From: Candidatus Collierbacteria bacterium GW2011_GWA2_42_17
GTDB taxonomy: Bacteria > Patescibacteriota > Microgenomatia > UBA1400 > MFAQ01
Reading direction: 5' to 3'
Assembly: GCA_000998275.1 (NCBI GenBank)
Contig: LCDA01000003.1
Location: 1,596 to 65,595 of the forward strand
Length of the DNA: 64,000 nt
Each line of letters opens with the position of its first letter. Within the stretch, counting starts at the first letter, position 1. Positions 48,732-57,587 of this stretch are shown one piece after another. The translations under genes and the position numbers were made by a program. The notes under the pieces were generated by a model. That model saw only the letters and a program-made list of their open reading frames with translations, had not been told where the DNA came from and made no database searches.

Positions 48732-48876
48732 AGTGATATATACAGGATAGTACGTGAATATCCGTTTGTCAAGTACTACAGGGGAAAAGAGATTATTTGT
48801 GCCTATATTGAGTAAAAAATGCCCCGACGGGTTAGGTCGGGGCTTAGCAAAGGAGGAGGAACCTTTGAGTGTTGTC

Positions 48877-49044
48877 TTATTTTTTCATTTTAGTGCTGAA
48901 TGCGAGGGTTATTAGTCCCAGAACTACAAGAACTAGTCCAGGGAGGGAAAGATGGGCTTGGGGATCGGTAGCATGGAGAAAAAGAAGGATTGATCCCAGG
49001 GCAAGGCTAATAAAGCCGCCAAAGACGACAAAGTTTTTTTCCAT
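48877..49044 (-). CDS. Small 2-TM membrane protein, 55 aa
   Basis: Manual translation MEKNFVVFGGFISLALGSILLFLHATDPQAHLSLPGLVLVVLGLITLAFSTKMKK; AAAGGAG RBS and a downstream terminator. Confidence 0.6.
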   Translation of the reverse strand: MEKNFVVFGGFISLALGSILLFLHATDPQAHLSLPGLVLVVLGLITLAFSTKMKK

Positions 49045-49153
49045 TTCAGACTCCTTTTTTTTGAATGAGCATTGAGTTTTCTTTTAAGGTCGAGTTTCAG
49101 CCTCAAGAGAAAACTCCCCTGAGCTAGGCTCAGGGGATAGTTGTACTTGGAAA

Positions 49154-49645
49154 CTATTTGAGAAATTCGGCCGGAGGCGGAACAACCAGTTGGTTGTAGG
49201 TTTTGCCCTCATGCTGGGGCTTGGCTCCGTAGTTGCCTACGTGCAAATCCCAGGCACAGTCCAGCCCTGCTTGATTGGGGAGGGTCCACCAATGGCCTTT
49301 GACGCCATGAATGGTGATTTTTTCCCCAACATCAACACGTTGGACACCCTCGTTTGAGCCACCTGTCCACCATTCGTAAATGGCGGGACCTTCAATAGTG
49401 GTGACAACATAGGGGTCGAGCTCGCCCATATCATTGAATGGAACAGAGCTCGGGTCGCAAACGGCGACCGGGGCCACGGGTACGGGAACGGGGTCGCAGG
49501 TTTGCACGGCGACCGGGATTGGGGCAGAGTTTAATAACAGCTGCTGGTATATACCAAACAGCGCCTTGCCCACAAAGATACTGGCAATACAAAACAAAAT
49601 CAATGCAAGTATTGCAATTACAATCCACAAACCTCTTTTAGTCAT
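49154..49645 (-). CDS. Hypothetical membrane-anchored protein with Pro/Val-rich linker
   Basis: AAAGGAGG RBS, N-terminal TM, downstream hairpin at 49115-49138. Confidence 0.7.
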   Translation of the reverse strand: MTKRGLWIVIAILALILFCIASIFVGKALFGIYQQLLLNSAPIPVAVQTCDPVPVPVAPVAVCDPSSVPFNDMGELDPYVVTTIEGPAIYEWWTGGSNEGVQRVDVGEKITIHGVKGHWWTLPNQAGLDCAWDLHVGNYGAKPQHEGKTYNQLVVPPPAEFLK

Positions 49646-49783
49646 TTCATTCCTCCTTTGGAATGGTTATTTTCCGCTTACGCGGTTTTTTTAGCTTCCA
49701 ATTTTAAAGTACGTAGACTTTTGAGATCTACTCTCCGTCCTCTAGTTAGGCTCGAGGACAGAGGTAAGTTTCAAAAGTTAGAG

Positions 49784-50218
49784 TTAGTGTTTTAAAGTCT
49801 TGGCTTTGACGAAGGAGAGAAGGCCGCCAAGGTAAGCAATGCCGGCAAAGTTGAAGAAGGCAGCACTATCGGCACCAGTATCAACGGTAACGTGCTCGGT
49901 GCAGGTGTCGGCTGAGCCGTAGACCGGAGTACAAATAGTAGTTTTGGTGACGATGGTTGAAGCGGCAACTGACTGTCCGCCTTTGGTGGTTACTTTGTCG
50001 GTAACTTTAGGCATAGCGGTAGGGGTAACCGAGGGGATAGGAGTAATTATTACCGTAGGACTGGGTGTAGGAGTTAGGGTGCTATCGTTTTCGATCTCGT
50101 TGGCCGGAACGCCGATACTATCGACTGGTTTTTGAGGGGTAATTCTTTTGGCCAGAGAATAGGTGACCGCGCCGGTGAGGACGAGAATGACGAAGATAAT
50201 AGGCAAAATTGATTTCAT
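49784..50218 (-). CDS. Putative sortase substrate (T/P-rich, VDTG sorting-like signal)
   Basis: TVDTG, hydrophobic stretch and basic tail KAKTLKH; next to a sortase gene. Confidence 0.55.
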   Translation of the reverse strand: MKSILPIIFVILVLTGAVTYSLAKRITPQKPVDSIGVPANEIENDSTLTPTPSPTVIITPIPSVTPTAMPKVTDKVTTKGGQSVAASTIVTKTTICTPVYGSADTCTEHVTVDTGADSAAFFNFAGIAYLGGLLSFVKAKTLKH

Positions 50219-50283
50219 ATGGGCGAATGATAACATGGCGAAGGCCTAATGTCAACCTATAGTGAAAGGAAGGCGGTAACTAT

Positions 50284-50919
50284 TTATATCCTGTTGGCGT
50301 AGACAAAGAACCTCACAGGACTGTTCCATAACTGACACGTGTAGAGAATTAGGTCCGTGCTGTAATCGGTTATTTTCGTGCCTGAAGATACAGAGTAAAT
50401 TTTATATTCATATTGACGCTGATTCCAGATTATTTTGATAGTATCACCGGCCACCAGGTCCGGAAGACTGTAAAAGGAGTTGAGTTTTCGGAAAGCGGCG
50501 GACCAGTTGAGATAGCCCCAACGATGGGCGGCGAGAATAACGGGGCGAGAGTTGTCTTCCGGGGTACCAAAGTCGGGAACCCTCCAGACACCTTGTTTGA
50601 GGATTTCTTCCCAGTCGGAGCCTTCGTGTATTTCTCCTTTAACCCCAATTTTGTCGATGAGGAGACCATTTTCTTTGGGGAGTGAGGGGTCAATGTCTGG
50701 GAGGGGAGGGATGACGGCCGGGGTGGGGGTTGGTGATGGTAAAGATGTAGGAGTTGCGTCGACAGAGACGGTTGAGGCGATTGTGGAGGCAAGTATGCCT
50801 GAAGTCTGCGGGAAAAGACGGTAGTAGAGGTGGGGCCAGGAAGGAAGCAAGGCTAAAATGGTGGCGGAAAGCCAAAAAGTAACTCCGATGGTGACAAAGG
50901 ATCTTTTGGTAAATCGCAT
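50284..50919 (-). CDS. Sortase
   Basis: LAAHR, LILYTC and downstream R form the catalytic triad; N-terminal TM. Confidence 0.85.
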   Translation of the reverse strand: MRFTKRSFVTIGVTFWLSATILALLPSWPHLYYRLFPQTSGILASTIASTVSVDATPTSLPSPTPTPAVIPPLPDIDPSLPKENGLLIDKIGVKGEIHEGSDWEEILKQGVWRVPDFGTPEDNSRPVILAAHRWGYLNWSAAFRKLNSFYSLPDLVAGDTIKIIWNQRQYEYKIYSVSSGTKITDYSTDLILYTCQLWNSPVRFFVYANRI

Positions 50920-50950
50920 ATACTTAAGTTTAGCAGTAGTTTGGAGCAAA

Positions 50951-51235
50951 CTACTCTTGCATGTAATCAGTAACAATACTGATTATTTTTCTAATCTTTT
51001 CATTACAGTCTTTAAAAGAAATTCTATCTAATATGGAGTTTCCGTATTTTCTAAACAGATCACTTATGAGTGCGTGTATGAATGATTGAGTTGCTGCCTC
51101 AACCCCTTTAAAATTCAAGATAATATCTTCACCATTTTCTAACATGGGAATTAACTCGTTTAATCTGATGTTTCGTGCGATATCTTTGTTTTCAGCAAAA
51201 TTTCCTGTTTTTGGTAATAAGATTATTTCTGTCAT
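50951..51235 (-). CDS. STAS-like domain protein (DUF4325)
   Basis: IILNFKGVEAATQSF pattern; coupled to the HATPase gene. Confidence 0.75.
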   Translation of the reverse strand: MTEIILLPKTGNFAENKDIARNIRLNELIPMLENGEDIILNFKGVEAATQSFIHALISDLFRKYGNSILDRISFKDCNEKIRKIISIVTDYMQE

Positions 51236-52194
51236 ATGAATTTTGCTTCTTTATGCCTAATTCTTTTTCTTTCCGTGAGACCTTCTGAATAGGCTTTTCT
51301 GATAAGGTCGAGTAGTTTCGTGAAGTCGTTGTTTTGATTGAGCGTGATATCAATACCAACAACCGTTCCTTGCCAGCTAGGTAAATCTGTATTTTCTGAG
51401 TGGCCGTCTTTATTTGGGTCAGCGAACAAACGGACGTTTTTGTTAACAGGTGTTCTTAGTAGTTTAAATAATGAGTGGCCGCTATAAATCATAAAAAAGT
51501 CTCTACTGACTTTGGCGATTGACTTGATAAAAAACAATCCTGCCCCCGCATTTGTTTCCGTTCCGCCAATTTTGGTTGTTGTTCCGGTAATTCCCGGAAC
51601 AAGTGCGAGCTTGATCGCGGTCATGTCGTCTTCGACACTATATGACTGTCTCATTGAGTTTTTTATGCCGATACCGGTATCGGCGATTCCTATTCGAATT
51701 CTGTTTACATCTGGGTAGTACTGAGCACACAAAATGGCTCCGTATGGTGATTCGGAGTGTTCAAAAACATTTCTAGCTAGTTCCGAGATGACATATTTAA
51801 TGGGTTCAGCCTGAACTGGATCCAGGTGGAGAAGGGGAATGACTTCGGTAATAAAATAGGTTAGTTCATCCGAGTTTCTAATTATTGTTAAGGGGATAAA
51901 ACGCCCAGCGGCTTCATGTTCATGTATTTTTATACCAGAGTCAATGCCAAGTATTTTGAACATACCCATTCTCTCAAAATAATTTTTTGATTTTGCTTCA
52001 AATGGTTCGCAGTAAATGTTGTCTTTGCCGATTGTAAGACCCAAAGAAGCAACCATTGAAAGAACAACGGGGTGTACTGAAATCCAGTTTTTATTTGCGG
52101 TGATTTCTAGTCTTGACCTGTCGGAAAAATCGATAGAACGTAGAAAAGAGTCGATGTTTCCAATAAAAGCACTGTTTGGTAAGTGAATCTTCAT
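51232..52194 (-). CDS. GHKL/HATPase domain protein (anti-sigma kinase-like)
   Basis: ELARNVFEHS, IADTGIGI, NAGAGL, WQGT. Confidence 0.8.
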   Translation of the reverse strand: MKIHLPNSAFIGNIDSFLRSIDFSDRSRLEITANKNWISVHPVVLSMVASLGLTIGKDNIYCEPFEAKSKNYFERMGMFKILGIDSGIKIHEHEAAGRFIPLTIIRNSDELTYFITEVIPLLHLDPVQAEPIKYVISELARNVFEHSESPYGAILCAQYYPDVNRIRIGIADTGIGIKNSMRQSYSVEDDMTAIKLALVPGITGTTTKIGGTETNAGAGLFFIKSIAKVSRDFFMIYSGHSLFKLLRTPVNKNVRLFADPNKDGHSENTDLPSWQGTVVGIDITLNQNNDFTKLLDLIRKAYSEGLTERKRIRHKEAKFI

Positions 52195-52204
52195 AGACGT
52201 ATTT

Positions 52205-52276
52205 TACCGGGATTCCCGGTATTTGTCAAGATTACCGGGATTCCCGGCATTTTATGGATTATTCAGGATTCCTGGA
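52205..52276. promoter_or_regulatory. Three palindromic operator-like sites around a minus-strand TTGACA
   Basis: CCGGGATTCCCGG twice (within 52205-52221 and 52233-52249) and CAGGATTCCTG at about 52264. Confidence 0.6.
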
Positions 52277-52415
52277 ACATTTTGCCGATTAAAGCGAGAT
52301 CCATCGCTGAAAAAGGCAGGAGAGAATGGTGATGCTGTAATTGATAGATTGATATACTTGAGTAGACCTATATAACACGGGTTGACAAAGTTAGGTTCAG
52401 ATGATATACTGCCTC

Positions 52416-52663
52416 TTAGTTTGACATACTTTTGATTCGATTGAAGGTGAAATGGGTTTGGTTCGCAGTACCAACCTTAAAACCTGGCGCTGCAGCTAAG
52501 GCCTTACGCGTTTCACCCTTAATCGACTTAATTGATTTCGAACTAACCTCCCTTCCGTTGATTCTAAAAATATCCTCGAAATGTCGAGGATGATACATGT
52601 TTGTATTTATCCAGAGTGGGGTTTTGACTACGAGCTCCGCCTCATGGTGGTGAGTTGTAGTCA
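52416..52663 (+). ncRNA. Candidate structured RNA (131-nt rod plus two hairpins), possibly 6S-like
   Basis: TTGACA-17-TATACT promoter at 52382-52410; extensive end-to-end pairing over 52416-52546. Confidence 0.5.
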
Positions 52664-52796
52664 CATTTAGCTTACCGGACTTGACAGCGAGTCTATCCGT
52701 TGTAGAATTGAGATGTTCCTATCTAATTTCCCTCCAATCGCAGATGATTTTTTCTAGTTTCCAAAATTTTACTAATAAAACCTAATTTCCTATCTT

Positions 52797-54200
52797 ATGG
52801 CAGAAAAAGCCAAGACCCGTGTTAAAAAAACTGTTGCCGTTGCAGAGTCTCCGGTAACTCCTATTGCTGAACCTGTAGCTTTGTCGACCGCTCCCTCAAA
52901 AGAGGAAACTCCTGTAGCTACTCCCGTGGCTCCCGTATCCCGACCTGTCGTTCCCGGCAACCAACTACCGCCGCAGTATCAAGGCAGACCTTACGTGAGG
53001 CCACAGTATCAGCAACGTCCGATGATGCGACCTTCATTTGTACGCGCACCACAAGAACCGGTAATTACCGAAGAGGTAACCGGCATTGTGGATGTTTTTG
53101 GATCCGATGGCCGAGCAATGGCTCGTGCCGAGTACCGACCAGGAGAGAATGACGTATTTATTACCTCACAGATGGTGAGAGCCTCCAAACTTCGTCCCGG
53201 GGATGTGGTAGTTGGCCTTGCCAGACGTCCTAAAGAGAACGAGCCTTACTGGAATATGGTACAGATCACCAAGATTAACGGAGTGGATGCAACCACGGTT
53301 ACCGAAAGGCTGCGATTTGAAAAAGGTGTCCCAATTTACCCTTACGAGAAGCTAAAACTGGAAACGGGCAAAGAAATATTGTCGACCCGTTTGATTGATC
53401 TTTGTGCTCCGATTGGCCGAGGACAGAGAGGTATTATTGTGTCTCCTCCTAAAGCCGGTAAAACAACCATCATTAAAGAAATTGCGTCTGGAATTGCGGC
53501 CAACTATCCCGAGATTCACATCATTGCCGTTCTTGTGGGTGAGCGCCCCGAAGAAGTGACCGATATTTCTCGACATATTAAAGCCATTACCAAAGACTCG
53601 GACATGTTGGGTGAGACAGCTGCCAGCAACTTTGACGAAAAAGCCGAGGAACAAACCAAAGTAGCAGAGATCGCTCTGGAACGGGCGAAGCGCTTAGTGG
53701 AGCAGGGAAAAGACGTAGTGATACTTTTGGACTCCGTTACTCGTCTTGCCCGTGCCTACAACTTGGCTATTCCAACATCCGGTCGTACGTTGTCCGGTGG
53801 ATTTGATCCGGCAGCTTTGTATCCTCCTAAGAAATTCTTTGGTGCGGCACGTAAAATCGAGGGTGGCGGAAGTTTGACCATTATTGGTACCGCACTAATC
53901 GATACCGGCTCACGTATGGATGATCTCGTTTACGAAGAGTTTAAGGGTACCGGCAACATGGAGCTTCACTTGGATCGCCATTTGGCAGAGAGACGCATCT
54001 ACCCATCTATTGACGTGATGAGAAGTGGTACTCGTCGCGACGACTTGCTTTTTGACAACGTGGAGTACCAGAGCATCATCCTGATGCGTAGAATGCTGGA
54101 CATGTTGGGTGACAATGAGAGAACGGAAGTACTCTTGTCCCGTTTGCAAAAGACAAAATCAAATAAGGAGTTCTTGGCCTCACTGAAAGACGGCGGGTAA
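52797..54200 (+). CDS. rho: Transcription termination factor Rho
   Basis: PIGRGQR, PPKAGKT, ERPEEVTD, LDSVTRLARAYN, EEFKGTGNME. Confidence 0.97.
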   Translation: MAEKAKTRVKKTVAVAESPVTPIAEPVALSTAPSKEETPVATPVAPVSRPVVPGNQLPPQYQGRPYVRPQYQQRPMMRPSFVRAPQEPVITEEVTGIVDVFGSDGRAMARAEYRPGENDVFITSQMVRASKLRPGDVVVGLARRPKENEPYWNMVQITKINGVDATTVTERLRFEKGVPIYPYEKLKLETGKEILSTRLIDLCAPIGRGQRGIIVSPPKAGKTTIIKEIASGIAANYPEIHIIAVLVGERPEEVTDISRHIKAITKDSDMLGETAASNFDEKAEEQTKVAEIALERAKRLVEQGKDVVILLDSVTRLARAYNLAIPTSGRTLSGGFDPAALYPPKKFFGAARKIEGGGSLTIIGTALIDTGSRMDDLVYEEFKGTGNMELHLDRHLAERRIYPSIDVMRSGTRRDDLLFDNVEYQSIILMRRMLDMLGDNERTEVLLSRLQKTKSNKEFLASLKDGG

Positions 54201-54205
54201 TCCCC

Positions 54206-55231
54206 CTATATATTACTAATGAAGAGACCGAAGATGACGAGGATTGTTGTGGCTAGCCAAGCCCGTTGAGTTAGTTGAGATTCTTTCCAACCTTTTTTCA
54301 AAAACAAATAATGGATCGGGGCAACGGGCAAAATTGGTCTTTTGATGATAGCTTTGGCGGACAGTTGTATAAAGCTGGATAAGAACTCTACGAAAAAAAG
54401 GAGTCCAAAAATGAAGATGATGAATACTTTGCCGCTTAGAAGAGCGATGGTGGCCAGTGTGGCTCCAAATGAAAGGGAACCAACGTCACCCAAAAAAACA
54501 TTAGCGGGATAAACATTGAAATAGAGGAAAGCAACAATGGTACCAATCCAGATACCAATAAAAGTAGAGAGGGGTGTGTCGATAATATTAACGCTGATGA
54601 TCAAATAACCAAACAAACAAATTAAAAGAATTCCCATACTTAGACCATCGACACCGTCTGTAAAATTAACCGCGTTGGAAAAGATGATGATGACAAGTGC
54701 GGCAAAGATTATAAAGATAGGACCAAGATGGAGTATACCGATTATGGGGAAGTTGATGAAGTTTATTCCTAACCCAAAATACATAAATGAGGAGATGGCC
54801 GTAGCGAGCAACACCTGAATTAAAAGTTTGGTCTTGGTTTTTATTCCAGAAAATCCTCTATCTTGTTGAAGCTCAAAAAACTTGACGATATCATCGTATA
54901 GTCCGAGTAGCCCGAACGATATAAGGCTAAAGATGATAATGCCGATTTCTTTGACAATCGGGAAGTTTGAGGTGATATTGCCATTAACGCTGTGAAAAAG
55001 CGTAAAAATCGAGAGAAAGAGAAAAATAATGACGATAATTAATAACAGACCTGCTCCTTCGGGGGTTCTTGATTTGCTTTTTAGGTGAGTAATGGCGGCG
55101 TTTTTGTTTAGTGAAGTGATAGCAGTTTTCTTTTTGAAAAATTTTAGTTTATAGAGAAAATTTATAAAAGGAACTATCAAAACGGCAGTGATGAAAAATG
55201 AAGTGATGATGGTTGTGAGGGCTATAAACAT
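54206..55231 (-). CDS. mraY: Phospho-N-acetylmuramoyl-pentapeptide transferase
   Basis: GLYDD, NAVNFTDGVDGL, FLGDVGS, APIHY. Confidence 0.88.
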   Translation of the reverse strand: MFIALTTIITSFFITAVLIVPFINFLYKLKFFKKKTAITSLNKNAAITHLKSKSRTPEGAGLLLIIVIIFLFLSIFTLFHSVNGNITSNFPIVKEIGIIIFSLISFGLLGLYDDIVKFFELQQDRGFSGIKTKTKLLIQVLLATAISSFMYFGLGINFINFPIIGILHLGPIFIIFAALVIIIFSNAVNFTDGVDGLSMGILLICLFGYLIISVNIIDTPLSTFIGIWIGTIVAFLYFNVYPANVFLGDVGSLSFGATLATIALLSGKVFIIFIFGLLFFVEFLSSFIQLSAKAIIKRPILPVAPIHYLFLKKGWKESQLTQRAWLATTILVIFGLFISNI

Positions 55232-55298
55232 ACTGATACTATTACTATTTCTAGGTTATAGAATGTTAAAAACAAGTGAATTTTTTGGTTTGGAGGCA

Positions 55299-55571
55299 CT
55301 ATTCAAAGACATCAAAAAATACTTTTTGATTGTTACTATCTAATACGTTAACCAAAGATTCAAGATGAGTTTTTTGACATTGGTCGAGTCCATTAATCGC
55401 ACTTTGCATGATGCGAACGAAAGAAGAGTCGGTGAGAAGTTTTAATTGGTCTTCTGAACTTGCCTGCTTAAGCATTGTTAGACCTATACCAAATGATTCG
55501 TGTGCTGTTTTTGCAGTATACAGAGGGAGAATGTCTTCAGAGATACCCTTGCCGTAAACATTTTCGACCAT
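55299..55571 (-). CDS. Hypothetical protein
   Basis: 90 aa ORF filling the intergenic space. Confidence 0.45.
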   Translation of the reverse strand: MVENVYGKGISEDILPLYTAKTAHESFGIGLTMLKQASSEDQLKLLTDSSFVRIMQSAINGLDQCQKTHLESLVNVLDSNNQKVFFDVFE

Positions 55572-55590
55572 ACGTGTATTATATAGTATA

Positions 55591-56787
55591 GTGTCAAGAA
55601 AATTTCTTAAAACATATCACTTTTTGAGATCGGTGGTGGCATTGATATTTTACAGATTTCCGTCTCGAAAATTAAAAGTAATTGGGGTAACGGGGACAGA
55701 CGGTAAGACCACAACAGTGACAATGATCTATAAAATTCTCAAAGCTGCCGGAAAGAGAGTCTCGATGGTGTCTACCGTAGATGCGGTAATCGGATCGAAG
55801 AAAATCAGGACAGGACTGCACACAACGACTCCGGATCCATTTTTGATGCAAAAATTACTACGAAGAATGGTTGACGAAGGAGATGAGTATGCTGTTTTGG
55901 AGGTTAGTTCTCACGGGATTGATCAGTTTAGGGTTTTTGGTGTGAATTTTTTAGTGGGCGTGTTGACTAATATCACGAGGGAACATCTCGATTATCATGG
56001 GAGCTTTGACAGTTACCTGTCGACAAAAGCTATTTTTTTGAAGTCGGTTAAGACGGCGGTACTTAATAAAAGTGATGGATCTTATAAGGCTGTAAGAAAA
56101 ATAGTCGCTTCCGGAAATAAAATTGTCGAGTACCCCATATCCAGTCTGTCAGAAAGTCTCAAGAAAGGAGTAGAAAAATTCTCCGAACCATACAATCAGC
56201 TCAATGCTCAGGCAGCCATCATGGCAACTAAAGCAGTGGGGATAGCAGAAACAGAGATCGTTCAAGGACTTGCTTCGTTCAAGAGTATTGAGGGAAGGAT
56301 GGAGGAAGTTAAAAATGAGCGGGGAATTAGAATAATTGTGGACTTTGCTCATACGCCAAACGCATTGACAAATGTGTTGTCTATTCTAAGAAAAAAAGCC
56401 AAGAAAAGGGTGATCTGTGTTTTTGGTTGTGCCGGGGAGAGGGATCGTGAAAAGAGGCCGGTAATGGGTGAAATTGCAACCAGACTGGCTGATATAGCGA
56501 TCTTTACGGCAGAAGACCCTAGGAATGAGAGTATTAATGACATCATTAACTCGATGGAAAAAGGGGCATTAAAAGGAAAAAAGATCTATAAAATCCCAGA
56601 AAGGGGGGAGGCAATCAGATTTGCGATCAATGAAGTGGCTAAAAAAGATGATTTTGTGGTAATTTGCGGTAAAGGACATGAGAGGTCGATGGCATATGGA
56701 AAGGTCGAGTATCCTTGGTCGGATGCGGAAGCGGTGAAAAAAGCCTTGAAGAACAGAGTTATGCTTGTAAAAAGACCTGGTGTGTGA
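55591..56787 (+). CDS. murE: UDP-MurNAc-dipeptide--diamino acid ligase
   Basis: GVTGTDGKTT, TTPD, EVSSH, EHLDYH, DFAHTP, EDPR, GKGHE. Confidence 0.92.
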   Translation: MSRKFLKTYHFLRSVVALIFYRFPSRKLKVIGVTGTDGKTTTVTMIYKILKAAGKRVSMVSTVDAVIGSKKIRTGLHTTTPDPFLMQKLLRRMVDEGDEYAVLEVSSHGIDQFRVFGVNFLVGVLTNITREHLDYHGSFDSYLSTKAIFLKSVKTAVLNKSDGSYKAVRKIVASGNKIVEYPISSLSESLKKGVEKFSEPYNQLNAQAAIMATKAVGIAETEIVQGLASFKSIEGRMEEVKNERGIRIIVDFAHTPNALTNVLSILRKKAKKRVICVFGCAGERDREKRPVMGEIATRLADIAIFTAEDPRNESINDIINSMEKGALKGKKIYKIPERGEAIRFAINEVAKKDDFVVICGKGHERSMAYGKVEYPWSDAEAVKKALKNRVMLVKRPGV

Positions 56788-56867
56788 TGCCACGTTGACT
56801 TTAGACATTCCGTCACGGGATCAGCTCGAGTACGCGATTCGCAGTGACGAGGTAGTATGATTGAAAT

Positions 56868-57587
56868 ATGGATAAAAGGGGAAAATTGATTTATGCTTTC
56901 GTGGATGCGGCGAATATGTTTTATGGCGGTGAGCGAAGTTTGCACTGGAGAGTCGATTACGAAAAGTTGATAGCATATTTACGGGAGAAGTTCATGGTGT
57001 CCAGGGTTTTTTACTACTCAGGAATCGACGTAGATCAGTACAAAGAGGAGGGAAAAGAAGTCGATCTGGAAAAACTAGTAGCGTATTACAAAGGTGAGCT
57101 TTTGAATAAGGAAAAAACCGAAGAAGAAAAAGTGCTTTTGGGAAAACACCTGGAAAAAGCAAAGTTTTATCGAGATCTGGACAAATTTGGATATGAATTG
57201 AGAATAAAACCAACAAAAGTATTTACCAGCACCGAAGGCACAACTACCACCAAGGCTAACTGTGATGTGGATCTCACATTTGACATGATGAGATATATGT
57301 CGCAGTACAGCGAAGCGGTGGTGTTGTCCGGAGACGGGGACTTTGCCCCCATTTTGGAGTACCTGAAGAGAAAAAAGAAAAAGATTAGGGTGCTGGCGCG
57401 ATCCGAGCGGACGGCGAGGGAGATGAGAGAATTGGCGGGAGAGGATTTTGTGGATTTTAAATCAATCCGAGAAGAGGTTGAAGCCGACAAGGTGGAAAAG
57501 AAAACGGAAATAAAAAAGGAAATTGCGGTTACTGGCAAGAGAAAAGCTTTTGAGAGGAAGGTTCCAGTGTTTCGAAAAGGGTTTTAG
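56868..57587 (+). CDS. NYN domain (LabA/DUF88) protein
   Basis: FVDAAN, KANCDVDL, LSGDGDF. Confidence 0.88.
   Translation: MDKRGKLIYAFVDAANMFYGGERSLHWRVDYEKLIAYLREKFMVSRVFYYSGIDVDQYKEEGKEVDLEKLVAYYKGELLNKEKTEEEKVLLGKHLEKAKFYRDLDKFGYELRIKPTKVFTSTEGTTTTKANCDVDLTFDMMRYMSQYSEAVVLSGDGDFAPILEYLKRKKKKIRVLARSERTAREMRELAGEDFVDFKSIREEVEADKVEKKTEIKKEIAVTGKRKAFERKVPVFRKGF

Noticed and set aside
52416-52664. 82-aa minus-strand ORF
   Set aside because: It is antisense to a promoter-driven, highly paired region and is better explained as ncRNA
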